From positions 142,352,001 to 142,416,000 of the forward strand of contig NC_043000.1 in assembly GCF_006345805.1 (NCBI RefSeq): a stretch of 64,000 bases of DNA. The letters are read 5' to 3'. The notes under the pieces are model-generated. The model was not told where the DNA came from, did no database searches, and saw nothing but the letters and a program-made list of their open reading frames with translations. The stretch's first letter is position 1; every line of letters begins with the position of its first letter. Shown here piece by piece: positions 38,736 through 50,117 of the stretch. Source of the stretch: Octopus sinensis (lineage: Eukaryota). Made by a program: the position numbers and the translations under genes.

Positions 38736-40415
38736 TTTTTTTTTCTTCTTTCAAATTTGCTTCCATTCTTGCCGAGTGTCTTCCCGACTCCTATGGCAAA
38801 GAAACTCATAGAATACATGGTAGGCCATTAAACCAAACTCAATAGTTCGTTCATTTTTTTTTTTTTTAAGTTAAATTAAAATACATGAGCAGCAACAGTT
38901 CTCACATCGACAATGCTCTTCTCAATACGTGTGATGTACCAGTTAAGACAATCTTTTGCACTTCTTGCAGGGATGGTAAGCCAGGGATCATTCTCATATA
39001 ATTTTCGGTTCCCTTCTTGATCATTCCTAGTGCTCCTACGATCACTGGTATTGTAACCGCCTTGAGATGCCACATTTTCTCAATTTCATGAGTAGGTCTT
39101 TATATTTTCTGAGCTTGTCAAACTCTTTCGCTGAGATATTATGATCACAGGGGATGCTCATGTCGATCAATAAGCAAACTTTATTGTTTTGGTCTTTCAC
39201 AACAATATCTGGTTTATTGGCCTTGATGGTTCGGTCTGTATGTACTGGAAAGTCCCACAGAATGGTTACATTTTTCTCTTCAGTTACAGCCTCAGGGTGG
39301 TGATTATACCACTTGTCGGCAGTTTTGATATTGTAATGCCGACTTATTAGCCAGTGGAGATTTTGGCCAACTTTGTCATGTCTTAATTTATACTCCACTG
39401 GTGCTAAGACTTACATCCAGAGATTAGGTGGTCCACTGTTTCAATCATGTCGTTGCAGAATCGGCATTTTGGGTCTGCTCCATTTTTCATCACATTGGCC
39501 TGATAGTTCCGGATTAATAGGCTTTGATCTTGAGCAGCCAGGATGAAACCTTCGCTCTCTGCTTTTAGCCCTGAGCTCCGTAGCCACTGATGGGTTTGCT
39601 TCTGGTCAACATCAGCTTGTTTGCTGCGGGTCACATATTGCCGTGCAGAGGTTTCTCCTCCCACCTATCAGCCAATTGCTCGTGCGCTTTTTTCGTTGCA
39701 ATATTTTTACCTTCTTTGCAACAATAGTTGCCGTACATCCCTCGGGTTGTTCAGTTTGGGTATCCTGCACGAGATCAATAGCAATTTTTTTGCTTTCCTT
39801 TATGATAGAATGGAAGCTTCTTTCGTCTCTCGTGATTTTCCACGAGCTTTAGCATCCAGTCATTCGATATTTCGAGATATTTGGCCAGTCCAATTGTGGT
39901 TGTTTTGTAAGCTAGTTCAAATTGGATCAGGCCTCGACCTCCTTGGGCTCTGGGAAGGTAAAGGCGATCTACGTCTGCCTTTGGGTGGTGCATCCTATTA
40001 CAACTCAGCAGCTTGCGTATTTTCCTATCTATATTCTTTACTTCACTCATATTCCAGTTCAACACATTGTAGATATAAGTAACAATTGGAACTGCTAAGG
40101 AATTTATAGCTAACACCTTGTTACGTGCATTTAGTTCAGATTTCAGGACTGCACGAACTCTCCTATAACATTCCTTCCTGATCTTCTCTTTCATGCTTGC
40201 ATGCTGAATACCAGAGCCTTCATTTATTCCTAAATATTTGTATGTTTGTTCTTGCTCAAGCCCTCTTATCACTGTGTCAACATCTAACACGACTGAATTT
40301 GTGGTCTTCACTTTCCCTTTCTGGAAAGTGGCCTTGGCACACTTCTCAATTCCAATCTCCATCCCGATGTCATCGCTGAATGCTTTCACGGTGCGTAATA
40401 GGCCTTCAATAGGCC
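38735..40415 (-). mobile_element. 5'-truncated R4/Dong-like LINE, same subfamily as 14894-15965, frameshifted
   Basis: ORFs 39775-40389, 39404-39664 and 39042-39398 nearly identical in peptide to the 14896 ORF. Same 3' UTR. (TTA)n arrays on both sides. Confidence 0.92.
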
Positions 40416-40485
40416 TTATTATTATTATTATTATTATATTATTATATTATTATTATATTATTATTATTATTATAATTTATTATTA

Positions 40486-40529
<44 letters not shown>

Positions 40530-41284
40530 TATTATTATCATTATTATTAGTATTATTAGTAAAGCCGCGGTGAACTGACACAACCTTTAGCACGTCGAAC
40601 AAAATGATTAGCAACATTTCTTCGGGCTCTTTACGTTCTGAGTTAAAAATCTCGTGAAGGTCGACATAAATCTTTCAAAGTAAGTACCAGTTCAACACTA
40701 GAGTCGATCTAAGCGACTACCAGCCTCCTTAAAAAAATTAAATTAAACCCAGGTCTTATATCTATAGTGGAAGAATTGCTGTGTATATCTATACACATCT
40801 GATATTTAGTACATATCAATACATTAATGATTTTTTAAAAAAATGTCTAATATGTAAATGTATATGAAGTTGATGAAATGTATATCTTTTTGTCTGAATT
40901 TTATTCAAATGTTGCTAATCATGTTGATAGCATTTCCTATTATGTTAATTGTAGAGATTGTGAAGGTTGGGGTGATGTTGCTGCTGAATCGTCTATAATG
41001 GGCTGATACATTACACCTTTTTTTTCTATTATTTTTTACTTTGTACGCTTAACCTTGTTTTAGAGTGGTGTCGAGTTACTGAAAATAACTAAATCATATT
41101 ATCACAAATATATAAATTAACATAAGTATAAGTTGCATAGAAAATATTTCATCTTTCTTTGTTTCGAAATCAATTTTGGTTTCATTTTTTTTTGATGAGT
41201 AATAGCAACACATTATATATTTTATTAACAAATTTCTTTCTTTAGTTTTTTTCCCTTGATAATCACAAATTATGGCTGGGTAGT

Positions 41285-41585
41285 AGTTTTCGTTGTTGTT
41301 GTTGTACCTCTTCTTCTTCTTCTTCTTCTTCTTCTTCTTCTTCTTCTTCTTCTTCTTCTTCTTCTTCTTCTTCTTCTTCTTCTTCTTCTTCTTCTTCTTC
41401 TTCTTCTTCTTCTTCTTCTTCTCTTCCTCCTCCTCCTCCTCCTCGCACATTCTGTTGTTGTTGTTGCTATTGTTGTTGTTGTTGTTCTTCTTCTTCTTCT
41501 CCTCCTCCTCCCCATACATTATGTTCTTGTTGTTCTTCTTCTTCTCCTCCTCGTAGATTCTGTTGTTCTTCTTCTTTTTCTTCTT
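41285..41585. repeat. Compound trinucleotide microsatellite (GTT)/(CTT)n/(CCT)
   Basis: About 90 bp pure (CTT)n at about 41330-41420 with flanking GTT and CCT runs. Confidence 0.95.
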
Positions 41586-41639
41586 TTTCGTGCTGGCACC
41601 ATTACTGTTTGTAGTGGGTCTCACAGACATCCCTTAGCC

Positions 41640-42690
41640 TATACAGTCATCAATTCTCATCTGCATAGCTGAATATACAAAATATCATAGGCAGACAAGG
41701 ATCTCGATGACAAACAAAAACTGCAGTAAGACCGCAATGCAATAAACAAGAAGACTAATGAAATCCCATACAGTTCAGAGCTAAGAAATTTTACGCGGTC
41801 TACAGGAATCCACATACAGACTACGATCAGGATACACAAGACTAAGTGTAGCGCAATTTCAGGATGAGAATCGGTGCTTAACCGAGGAATCTTTACGAAT
41901 ATTGATGCAAAGCTCCCTGTGCATATTAGCAAGACGGCATCATTATGCAAGTGAGTAACAGGGTAAAAGGATACCGCGTATCCAAGAAAAAGGATGCCAT
42001 GGTACCCAAGAGAAAGGATATTATGTATCGAAGAAAAAGGATACCATGGTATCCAAGGAACGGATACTATATTACGGTTATAGAGTACTTTCATTCTCAA
42101 TCCTTTGGATTGCTGCCACCAACCGTGGCCATCACGGAGCATAAAGCGGGCAGCGGGACATGACGCCTGTACAGTGCTACTGCACTACACAAAGAATATT
42201 GACTCTGTGCAACAGATGAGATGCTGGACAGGTTAAGGAAACTGAAGCTCCTGTCAGTAGAGAGATGACGCGGAAGATATGTAATAATGTACATAATCAA
42301 GGTCTACATCCCAACTTTGGAAATGAAAGCTATACCAAATTACAGGACTTTGAACCAAAGATCGCGTTTTCTCCATCGAGATAAAGGACACAGTACTGTA
42401 ATACTTGAATTCCAAGTTTCCACAATCTATTCTACATTCAATCAAACATCATCACAATGTATATAACGAAGAAAGTTTGGTCAAAGTTTTATCTCAGATA
42501 CCAGAAGAAACCGTATCGCGACAGCAAGCTCAAACAAGAGCAGTTCCGTCCAACACCAGATATAATATACATCAGAATCCCAAGCGTATGCCAATATGCT
42601 GAGAATAGACTTTAAATTGTCAATCCCCACATTACAATATACATTCATCATAAATACACGTCGTGCTGAAATCGAGAAAGGCAAGCTAAC
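41640..42690 (+). mobile_element. Possible highly degenerate LINE-like relic
   Basis: Purine-rich coding-like composition and a PIC motif near 42590. No intact diagnostic motif. Confidence 0.25.
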
Positions 42691-42778
42691 GAATTTTTTT
42701 TTATTCGTTATCTCTATATTGAATCAACTGGAAAAATATTTTATTCCTATTTAGAAGTAATAATATTTATCTATATAT

Positions 42779-42827
<49 letters not shown>

Positions 42828-42873
42828 GAGGAGACATACATACAGACAGACAGATACATATTGGTATTATGCA

Positions 42874-42955
<82 letters not shown>

Positions 42956-43139
42956 CATACATGTGTGTGTATGTGTGCGTGTGTATGAATACATTATATT
43001 ATACAGATGCGCGTGTCTTGCATACTAACTCACATACACGCACACTCTCACACATATATATATATAGTATATAATATCTTACATACATATTTATATGTAT
43101 ACACACACACACACACACACACATATATCTTATATATAT

Positions 43140-43173
<34 letters not shown>

Positions 43174-43821
43174 CTGGGGAAAGAGAGAGAGATAGTTGTA
43201 CGTGAACATTTTACGTTTCTATGCTTGTATGAATTACTTCCACTATTATCTCGCATGTGTGTGCTGGATATGCCTGTATTTAAAAGTGATATATTGCTTG
43301 TTGCACCATAACACAGGTGGTAACTTTCTGTAGAATGCAATATTTAATTCAAATTCTATTTTAGTTTGTAATTATTACACTTATTCCGTCAATGCTCTTG
43401 GGAAATGCGTAATACGAACAATTCTTATTCCTCGCCCACTGGTGCCGATTGAGTTTGTAGAGATAGTAACGTGTTAATAGCTGATCCAGATTATCAATTA
43501 TGATACAATTCACTGCATTTGTGACATTAATCCTTGAGGTATACAATATTCATTCACCCCTATATCCTCACTTATGTAACACACACACACATATATATAC
43601 ATAAATATATGAATATTAAATATATATATACTGTATACATGTATATATATATGTATATTATATATATATGTATATATATATATATATATTATATATGTAT
43701 ATATATGTATGTATATATATTTATATTTATATATATATATATTGAGTATATATATAATGCAAATACGTATATGTGTGTAAATATCTGTAATTGTAAGTAG
43801 ATGCATATGTGTATATTTATG

Positions 43822-43856
<35 letters not shown>

Positions 43857-45566
43857 GGAGGGAGGCAGAGAGAACTAGATAGATACAGATACACATATAC
43901 ATACAAATATATAATTATATATACATTCACATATAACTGTGCATATGTTTATTTGTTTGTGCGTGTGTGCGTGTGTGTGTGTGCGTTTGAGTGTGTGCGT
44001 TTGAGTGTGTGTGTGTGTGTTAGTGTGTGTGTGTGTGTTAGTGTGTGTGTGTGTGTTTGTGTGCGTGTGTGCTTTCACATAGTTGACGAGATCGATTGGT
44101 AAGACTCCAAAGACACTGATACGGCGATGTCGATCATGGCAGTCACTTTCGTTGTGAAGTGAAGTAGGTTGTGATGGTGACAGCAGCGGCAACGATGATA
44201 ATTGTGAACTCATATGTGCCGGATGTGTTTAGTCTGACGAGCTAACACCAACCTACTCATATGGTGTTTGATAATTCGGATACAATTATCACACCTCGAC
44301 TACAGCAATCTTCCTATAGTTCTGGTGTTATAGAAGATTATGCATGGTTTCGTATCATTTACGCCGACTTCTTTCCTTCGTTGCCGCAGTGCGTCCTGTG
44401 GATTTAGTGCATAGACTACAACCTAAATATTTCAGACCTCTTTCATATAATTATAGCCTTTTCTAAAGCTGCAATTTTAGATGTCGTTTAATACCTGATC
44501 AGTCCTAAACGAGCATTCTCGAGGTGAAAACTACTCTATAATTTTCTCCGCATTTTCCTACTCTCTATTCAAAAGCTACATTAAACAACGGATGTGATAT
44601 ACGGAAGAATTGGCTGCGATTAATAAGAGAAGCTATGAGATTATAGTGGATTTCGTTTACCATGATGTCACATGTCTCAATACCGCTTCTTGGCTTTTTA
44701 GTCGGTACAAATTTTTAAAGAAATGCATCAGACCACACATACTTGTTATGTTTTATATAACAGCAGCTATCAGCTTTTAAGTCAGCAACAGATGGCTCCT
44801 ACAATAACTGAAGTTAACTTTTACAAATAATAAACCTGGCTTCTATAAAACGAGGAGATGCCTTCTAAAATATATGTAATTGACTTCACTTTATATAATT
44901 GTATGGACAATCTTAGAAACAGACAGTAAATTAGAACCTAGAAGTTATTAATTGTGACCGGTCTCAGGAGGTTACACAACAAATGATCAAGAAGCCAACA
45001 GTACTTTAAGAATACAAAGAACGTAACATTTCGAAATTCTCACCAGTAGATAAGATACAGAGGGCTGTAGTGGGCATATGTTAGTTTCTAAGTTCTTCTG
45101 GTAAACGGGAAAATGTTCATATATCATAAAATAATTGAAAGGCTACATAAATCTTCCAAGAGATGACAGCGCGTGTATCGATGGAGATGACTAAACATCT
45201 CTCCACTCTAATCTACACGTTGTAAGGCAGTGTTTTGATTCTCTTCATGAGTGTTATTTTTTCTCTTTTGGAAGCCTTATTCTACTACTCTAGTGATTTT
45301 TGAATAAGCGTATTTCCGAATCTTATATTTCTCATTTACCTAACTGAAGTTTGTTTGCTTATGAAAGTTGCCTTTATAAGTTGCATCCAATAGTTTAACA
45401 GCATGTGTTACCGAAAACAAAACATATGTAACTGATGTATTAAACGAGAATCAAGTTCAAGTCCCTCTTCTTTTCTCTCTCATTATAGATATATGTTTTG
45501 TATTACCTAATAGCCCGGCTGACACTGCGCAGTACCCCATATATATATATATTTATATATATGTAC

Positions 45567-46015
45567 AGGAGTGGCTGTGTGGTAAGTAGCTTGTTTACCA
45601 ACCACATGGTTCCGGATTCAGTCCCACTGCATGGCACCTTGGGTAAGTGTCTTCTACTATAGCCTCGGGCCGACCAAAGCCTTGTGAGTGGATTTGGTAG
45701 ACGGAAATTGAAAGAAGCCTGTCGTATATATTATATATATATATATATATATAATATAATATATATATATATGGTGTGTGTGTGTGTGTGTGTGTATGTG
45801 TTTGTGTGTCTGTGTTTGTCCCCCTATCATTGCTTGACAACCGATGCTGGTGTGTTTATGTCCCCGTTACTTTGCGGTTCGGCAAAAGAGACCGATAAAA
45901 TAAGTACTGGACTTACAAAAAGAATAAGTCCTGGGGTCGATTCGCTCGATTAAAAGACGGTGCTCCAGCATGGCCGCAGTCAAATGACTGAAACAAGTAA
46001 AAGAGTAAAAGAGAA
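45567..46015 (+). mobile_element. tRNA-derived SINE with internal (TA)/(GT) microsatellite
   Basis: ggagtggctgtgtggtaag...ggattcagtccc head and ggtgctccagcatggccgcagtcaaatgactgaaac tail. Confidence 0.85.
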
Positions 46016-46024
46016 TATATATAT

Positions 46025-46135
46025 ACACTCTTTTGTTTCAGCCATTTGACAACGGCCACACACACACATACATATGCGTATACATATATAAGACGGGCTT
46101 CTTTCTGTTTCTGTCTACCAAATCCACAGACACAA
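46025..46135 (-). mobile_element. Deleted SINE copy, tail-to-tail with 45567-46015
   Basis: tttgtttcagccatttgac...gacgggcttctttctgtttctgtctaccaaatccac. Confidence 0.65.
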
Positions 46136-46212
46136 ACGTGAGAGTTTAACGCGATTAACAATAAGAGTAGAAACCTAAATGGAGTAATAGTAGTGCATAT
46201 ATATATAATATA

Positions 46213-46376
46213 TAATTTATTTTATAGAAGGAGCTTCTACAGGACTAGAACTCTTTCATTCAAAAGAAATCATCAGGAAGCTAGGTGACAAGATTCTTGT
46301 CACACTAGCTTCCTGATGATTTCTTTTGAATGAAACAGTTCTAGTCCTGTAGAAGCTCCTTCTATAAAATAAATTA
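46213..46376. repeat. Near-perfect ~164-bp palindrome containing a degenerate hammerhead-like core
   Basis: Arms pair around position 46294 with one bulge (46304) and one mismatch. Right arm has CTGATGA-t-ttc-tttt-gaa-t-GAAA at 46313-46335. Confidence 0.9.
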
Positions 46377-47162
46377 ATTTACTCTGCTATGTATTGAGTA
46401 CCTTATTTACTGTGGTTAACCCCGACTCAACCCTGGACCTACATATATATATATATATATACAAACGTATCCAAGAGTCCAATATAGAGACTATAGAAAG
46501 TAAGATTTGAACAAGTTTCCACCGAATATAATCGAACTCGGGTATCAATTGTTGTGAAGAGAATGTTTTAAACATTCGGCCATTCTCACCTACACAAGGA
46601 AACATGTGCCCGCATAAATATGTAGATATACATAGACCTGGTTTGTGTATGCGTACGTGTTGTGTGCGAGTGTGTGATTGAGTGTATACGTTGTTTAAAA
46701 TTTCTTTTATACTCTGTTAAGTTAATCAAATAATTATTCTCCCCTTTACCTATAGAATACAAATCTATTACATGTTTTCTTTTCTTTGGAACATTTTAAA
46801 TAGGATACGAATGCTGATACTCTCACAATATAGTATTAACTTCACGCTTTGATTTCTAATAATTCGGCAAGATACGGTGAGCTTACATGTCTGTTGAATG
46901 CCTTCAACAAAGCGAAACACTTCCGGAGTTGTCTTCCGTACCGGCCGATGAATAAAATATAATTGCTTAAAAACAATTATTCTTTCCTATTTCATCGTGT
47001 ACAGAAATCTACATTGGCGTTTTAATGTTATTTGTCATTAAATAGACTTCCACATAATTAGGCTAAATAGGATACACTAAAGTAACCAAAGGATTACGAT
47101 CAATGAAATGATACTATATTTGAAGCGTCCAGGTGCTAACAAATACAATAATATAATATATA

Positions 47163-47194
<32 letters not shown>

Positions 47195-47666
47195 TATATT
47201 ATAATATATATTTCAACACAATTGAGGGTGAAATTAATTAATTATTAATCAATTTCACCAAGTATTCAGTATGTAAAGGGACCATTTAAGGCGAATTCAA
47301 ATTATTACATTATATAAAAGGGCTCAGTAAAATAAATTACTTTGCCACATACTGAACTCATTAGAAATAGTAGCTAAAAAATCAATTTCACCAAGTATTC
47401 AGTATGTAAAGGGACCATTAATAATTAATTAAATTCACCCTCAATTGTTGAAATTATAATTCATCTCTCTCTATTTAATGCTTCGGATTTTACCGAAAAA
47501 GCATAGTGTTTACTGATTTTAACCCACGCTGGTGGAAAGGGGAGAGCAGAAATTCTTCGCTTGCATATTTTGGGTTTGCTGGCACTGTTAGTTTCGAGCA
47601 GATCTTCAGAAGCGATAAGAAGCCGAAAGGGTATGCTCCCACTTTCAGTGTTTTCAAATCCAAACC

Positions 47667-47736
47667 AAGGAGTTCTGAGCTGATGATAGAAATGTCGAGT
47701 TGACTAATCTTGAAACGTACGTTCTCAAATAACCTT
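47667..47736 (+). ncRNA. Type I hammerhead ribozyme candidate, array unit 1
   Basis: tgag-CTGATGA-t-aga..gtc/gac..tct-t-GAAA-C-gtac-G-T-T-ctca. Stem I tgag/ctca plus distal aagg/cctt. Palindromic AACGTACGTT over stem III. Hand-folded. Confidence 0.7.
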
Positions 47737-48236
47737 TGCATTTGATTTTTTAATGTCTTGCACACCATACTTTCGTGAGTTGAATTGAGCAACACTATAT
47801 ATGAGAGAGATTTTCTTTAAGTATTAGAAATAGTTTTAAAAAAGTTTTTTTAGCTACTATTTCTAATGAGTTCAGTATGTGGCCAAAGTAATTTATTTTA
47901 CTAAGCCCTTTATAATAATGTAATAATTTGAATTCGCCTTAAATGGTCCCTGTAAATACTGAATACTTGGTGAAATTGATGAATAATTAATTAATTTCAC
48001 CCTCAATTGTTGAAATTATAATTCATCTCTCTCTATTTAATGCTTCGGATTTTACCGAAAAAGCATAGTGTGTTACTGATTTTAACCCACGCTGGTGGAA
48101 AGGGGAGAGCAGAAATTCTTCGCTTGATTATTTTGGGTTTGTGGCACTGTTAGTTCGAGCAGATCTCTCAGAGCGATAAGAAGCCGAAAGGGAATGCTCC
48201 CACTTTCAGTGTTTTCAAATCCAAACCAAGGAGTTC

Positions 48237-48288
48237 TGAGCTGATGATAGAAATGTCGAGTTGACTAATCTTGAAACGTACGTTCTCA
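48237..48288 (+). ncRNA. Type I hammerhead ribozyme candidate, array unit 2
   Basis: Identical core and stems to unit 1: CTGATGA 48241-48247, GAAA 48273-48276. Confidence 0.7.
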
Positions 48289-48792
48289 AAAAACCTTTGC
48301 ATTTGATTTTTTAATGTCTTTACCCCCATACTTCGTGAGTTGAATGAGCAAACACTATATGAGAGAGATTTTCTTTAAGTATTAGAATAGTTTTAAAAAA
48401 GTTTTTTTAGCTACTATTTCTAATGAGTTCAGTATGTGGCAAAGTATTTATTTTACTAAGCCCTTTTATATAATGTAATAATTTGAATTCGCCTTATAAT
48501 GGTCCCTTTACATACTGAATACTTGGTGAAATTGATTAATAATTAATTAATTTCACCCTCAATTGTTGAAATTATAATTCATATCTCTCTATTTAATGCT
48601 TCGGATTTTACCGAAAAAGCATAGTGTTTACTGATTTTAACCCACGCTGGTGGAAAGGGGAGAGCAGAAATTCTTCGCTTGCATATTTTGGGTTTGCTGG
48701 CACTGTTAGTTTCGAGCAGATCTTCAGAAGCGATAAGAAGCCGAAAGGGTATGCTCCCACTTTCAGTGTTTTCAAATCCAAACCAAGGAGTC

Positions 48793-48844
48793 TGAGCTGA
48801 TGATAGAAATGTCGAGTTGACTAATCTTGAAACGTACGTTCTCA
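48793..48844 (+). ncRNA. Type I hammerhead ribozyme candidate, array unit 3
   Basis: Identical core and stems: CTGATGA 48797-48803, ctca 48841-48844. Confidence 0.7.
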
Positions 48845-49346
48845 AATAACCTTTGCATTTGATTTTTTAATGTCTTTACCACCATACTTTCGTGAGTTGA
48901 ATTGAGCAAACACTATATGAGAGAGATTTTCTTTAAGTATTAGAAATAGTTTTAAAAAAGTTTTTTGTAGCTACTATTTCTAATGAGTTCAGTATGTGGC
49001 AAAGTAATTTATTTTACTAAGCCCTTTTATATAATGTAATAATTTGAATTCGCCTTAAATGGTCCCTTTACATACTGAATACTGGTGAAATTGATTAATA
49101 ATTAATTAATTTCACCCTCAATTGTTGAAATTATAATTCATCTCTCTCTATTTAATGCTTCGGATTTACGAAAAAGCATAGTGTTTACTGATTTTAACCC
49201 ACGCTGGTGAAAGGGGAGATCAGAAATTCTCGCTTGCATATTTTGGGTTGCTGGCACTGTTAGTTCGAGCAGATCTCAGAAGCGATAAAGACGCCGAAAG
49301 GGTATGCTCCCACTTTCAGTGGTTTTCAAATCCAAACCAGGAGTTC

Positions 49347-49398
49347 TGAGCTGGGGATAGAAATGTCGAGTTGACTAATCTTGAAACGTACGTTCTCA
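49347..49398 (+). ncRNA. Hammerhead copy with damaged core (CTGGGGA), array unit 4
   Basis: Stems retained but CTGATGA reads CTGGGGA at 49351-49357. Confidence 0.5.
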
Positions 49399-49585
49399 AA
49401 TAACCTTGCATTTGATTTTTTAATGTCTGTTACCCCATACTTTCGTGAGTTGAATTGAGCAAACACTATATGAGAGAGATTTTCTTTAAGTATTAGAAAT
49501 AGTTTTAAAAAAGTTTTTTTAGCTACTATTTCTAATGAGTTCAGTATGTGGCAACGTAATTTATTTTAATAAGCCCTTTTATATA

Positions 49586-49636
<51 letters not shown>

Positions 49637-50056
49637 TATATATAAGTAATTTACGTTCACACAGACACCATTCTACACACAAAATTCGTACACAGAAACA
49701 CATAAACACACATGTATATAATACATACACTTGCATATTTATATATGTGTATATAATTTACATCTATAAGTATTCTAATTTGCGCCGTCAAATGAAATTC
49801 TTCTACATCAGAATCACATGTAAATGAATGCCTGCTTCATAGACTAATATAAATCTCAATTACAATCACCGTGACACAGTGTGACTAAGCAGATACTTCG
49901 AATCACAGGTACAATTTTTCCGTCGAACTTCACTGTTTCCGTCAATCGAGATTTATTTACAACTCAGGACACCATTATTGACAGTGGTGAAAAACTTTTA
50001 CCCGTAGAGGATTCAAGCGTGGTACACCAACTGATACCGCAACTGTGTGTATATAA

Positions 50057-50117
<61 letters not shown>

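Larger units (their letters stand above)
47213..49585 (+). repeat. Tandem array of ~555-bp non-coding units (about 4 copies) with inverted partial unit at 5' end; PLE pseudo-LTR/retrozyme-like
   Basis: Unit anchor ttcaccctcaattgttgaaattataattc recurs at about 47443, 47997, 48552 and 49111. 47213-47417 is reverse complement of the unit end. Flanked on both sides by (TA)n. Each unit has a hammerhead core. Confidence 0.9.

Noticed and set aside
44234-44285. CTGACGA followed by an acacca/tggtgt hairpin
   Set aside because: No GAAA half-core downstream.
47575-47625. Minus-strand CTGAAGA-tctgctc-GAAAC motif inside the array unit (possible antisense hammerhead)
   Set aside because: No stem II pairing, position 17 would be G, and there is no stem I.
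47490-48845. ORFs of 65-101 aa in the array units
   Set aside because: Not preserved between units (frameshifts) and no recognisable domain.
47213-49585. CRISPR-like or rDNA/snRNA tandem array interpretation
   Set aside because: Units are wholly repeated with no unique spacers, no rRNA/snRNA similarity was recognised, and the context is eukaryotic.
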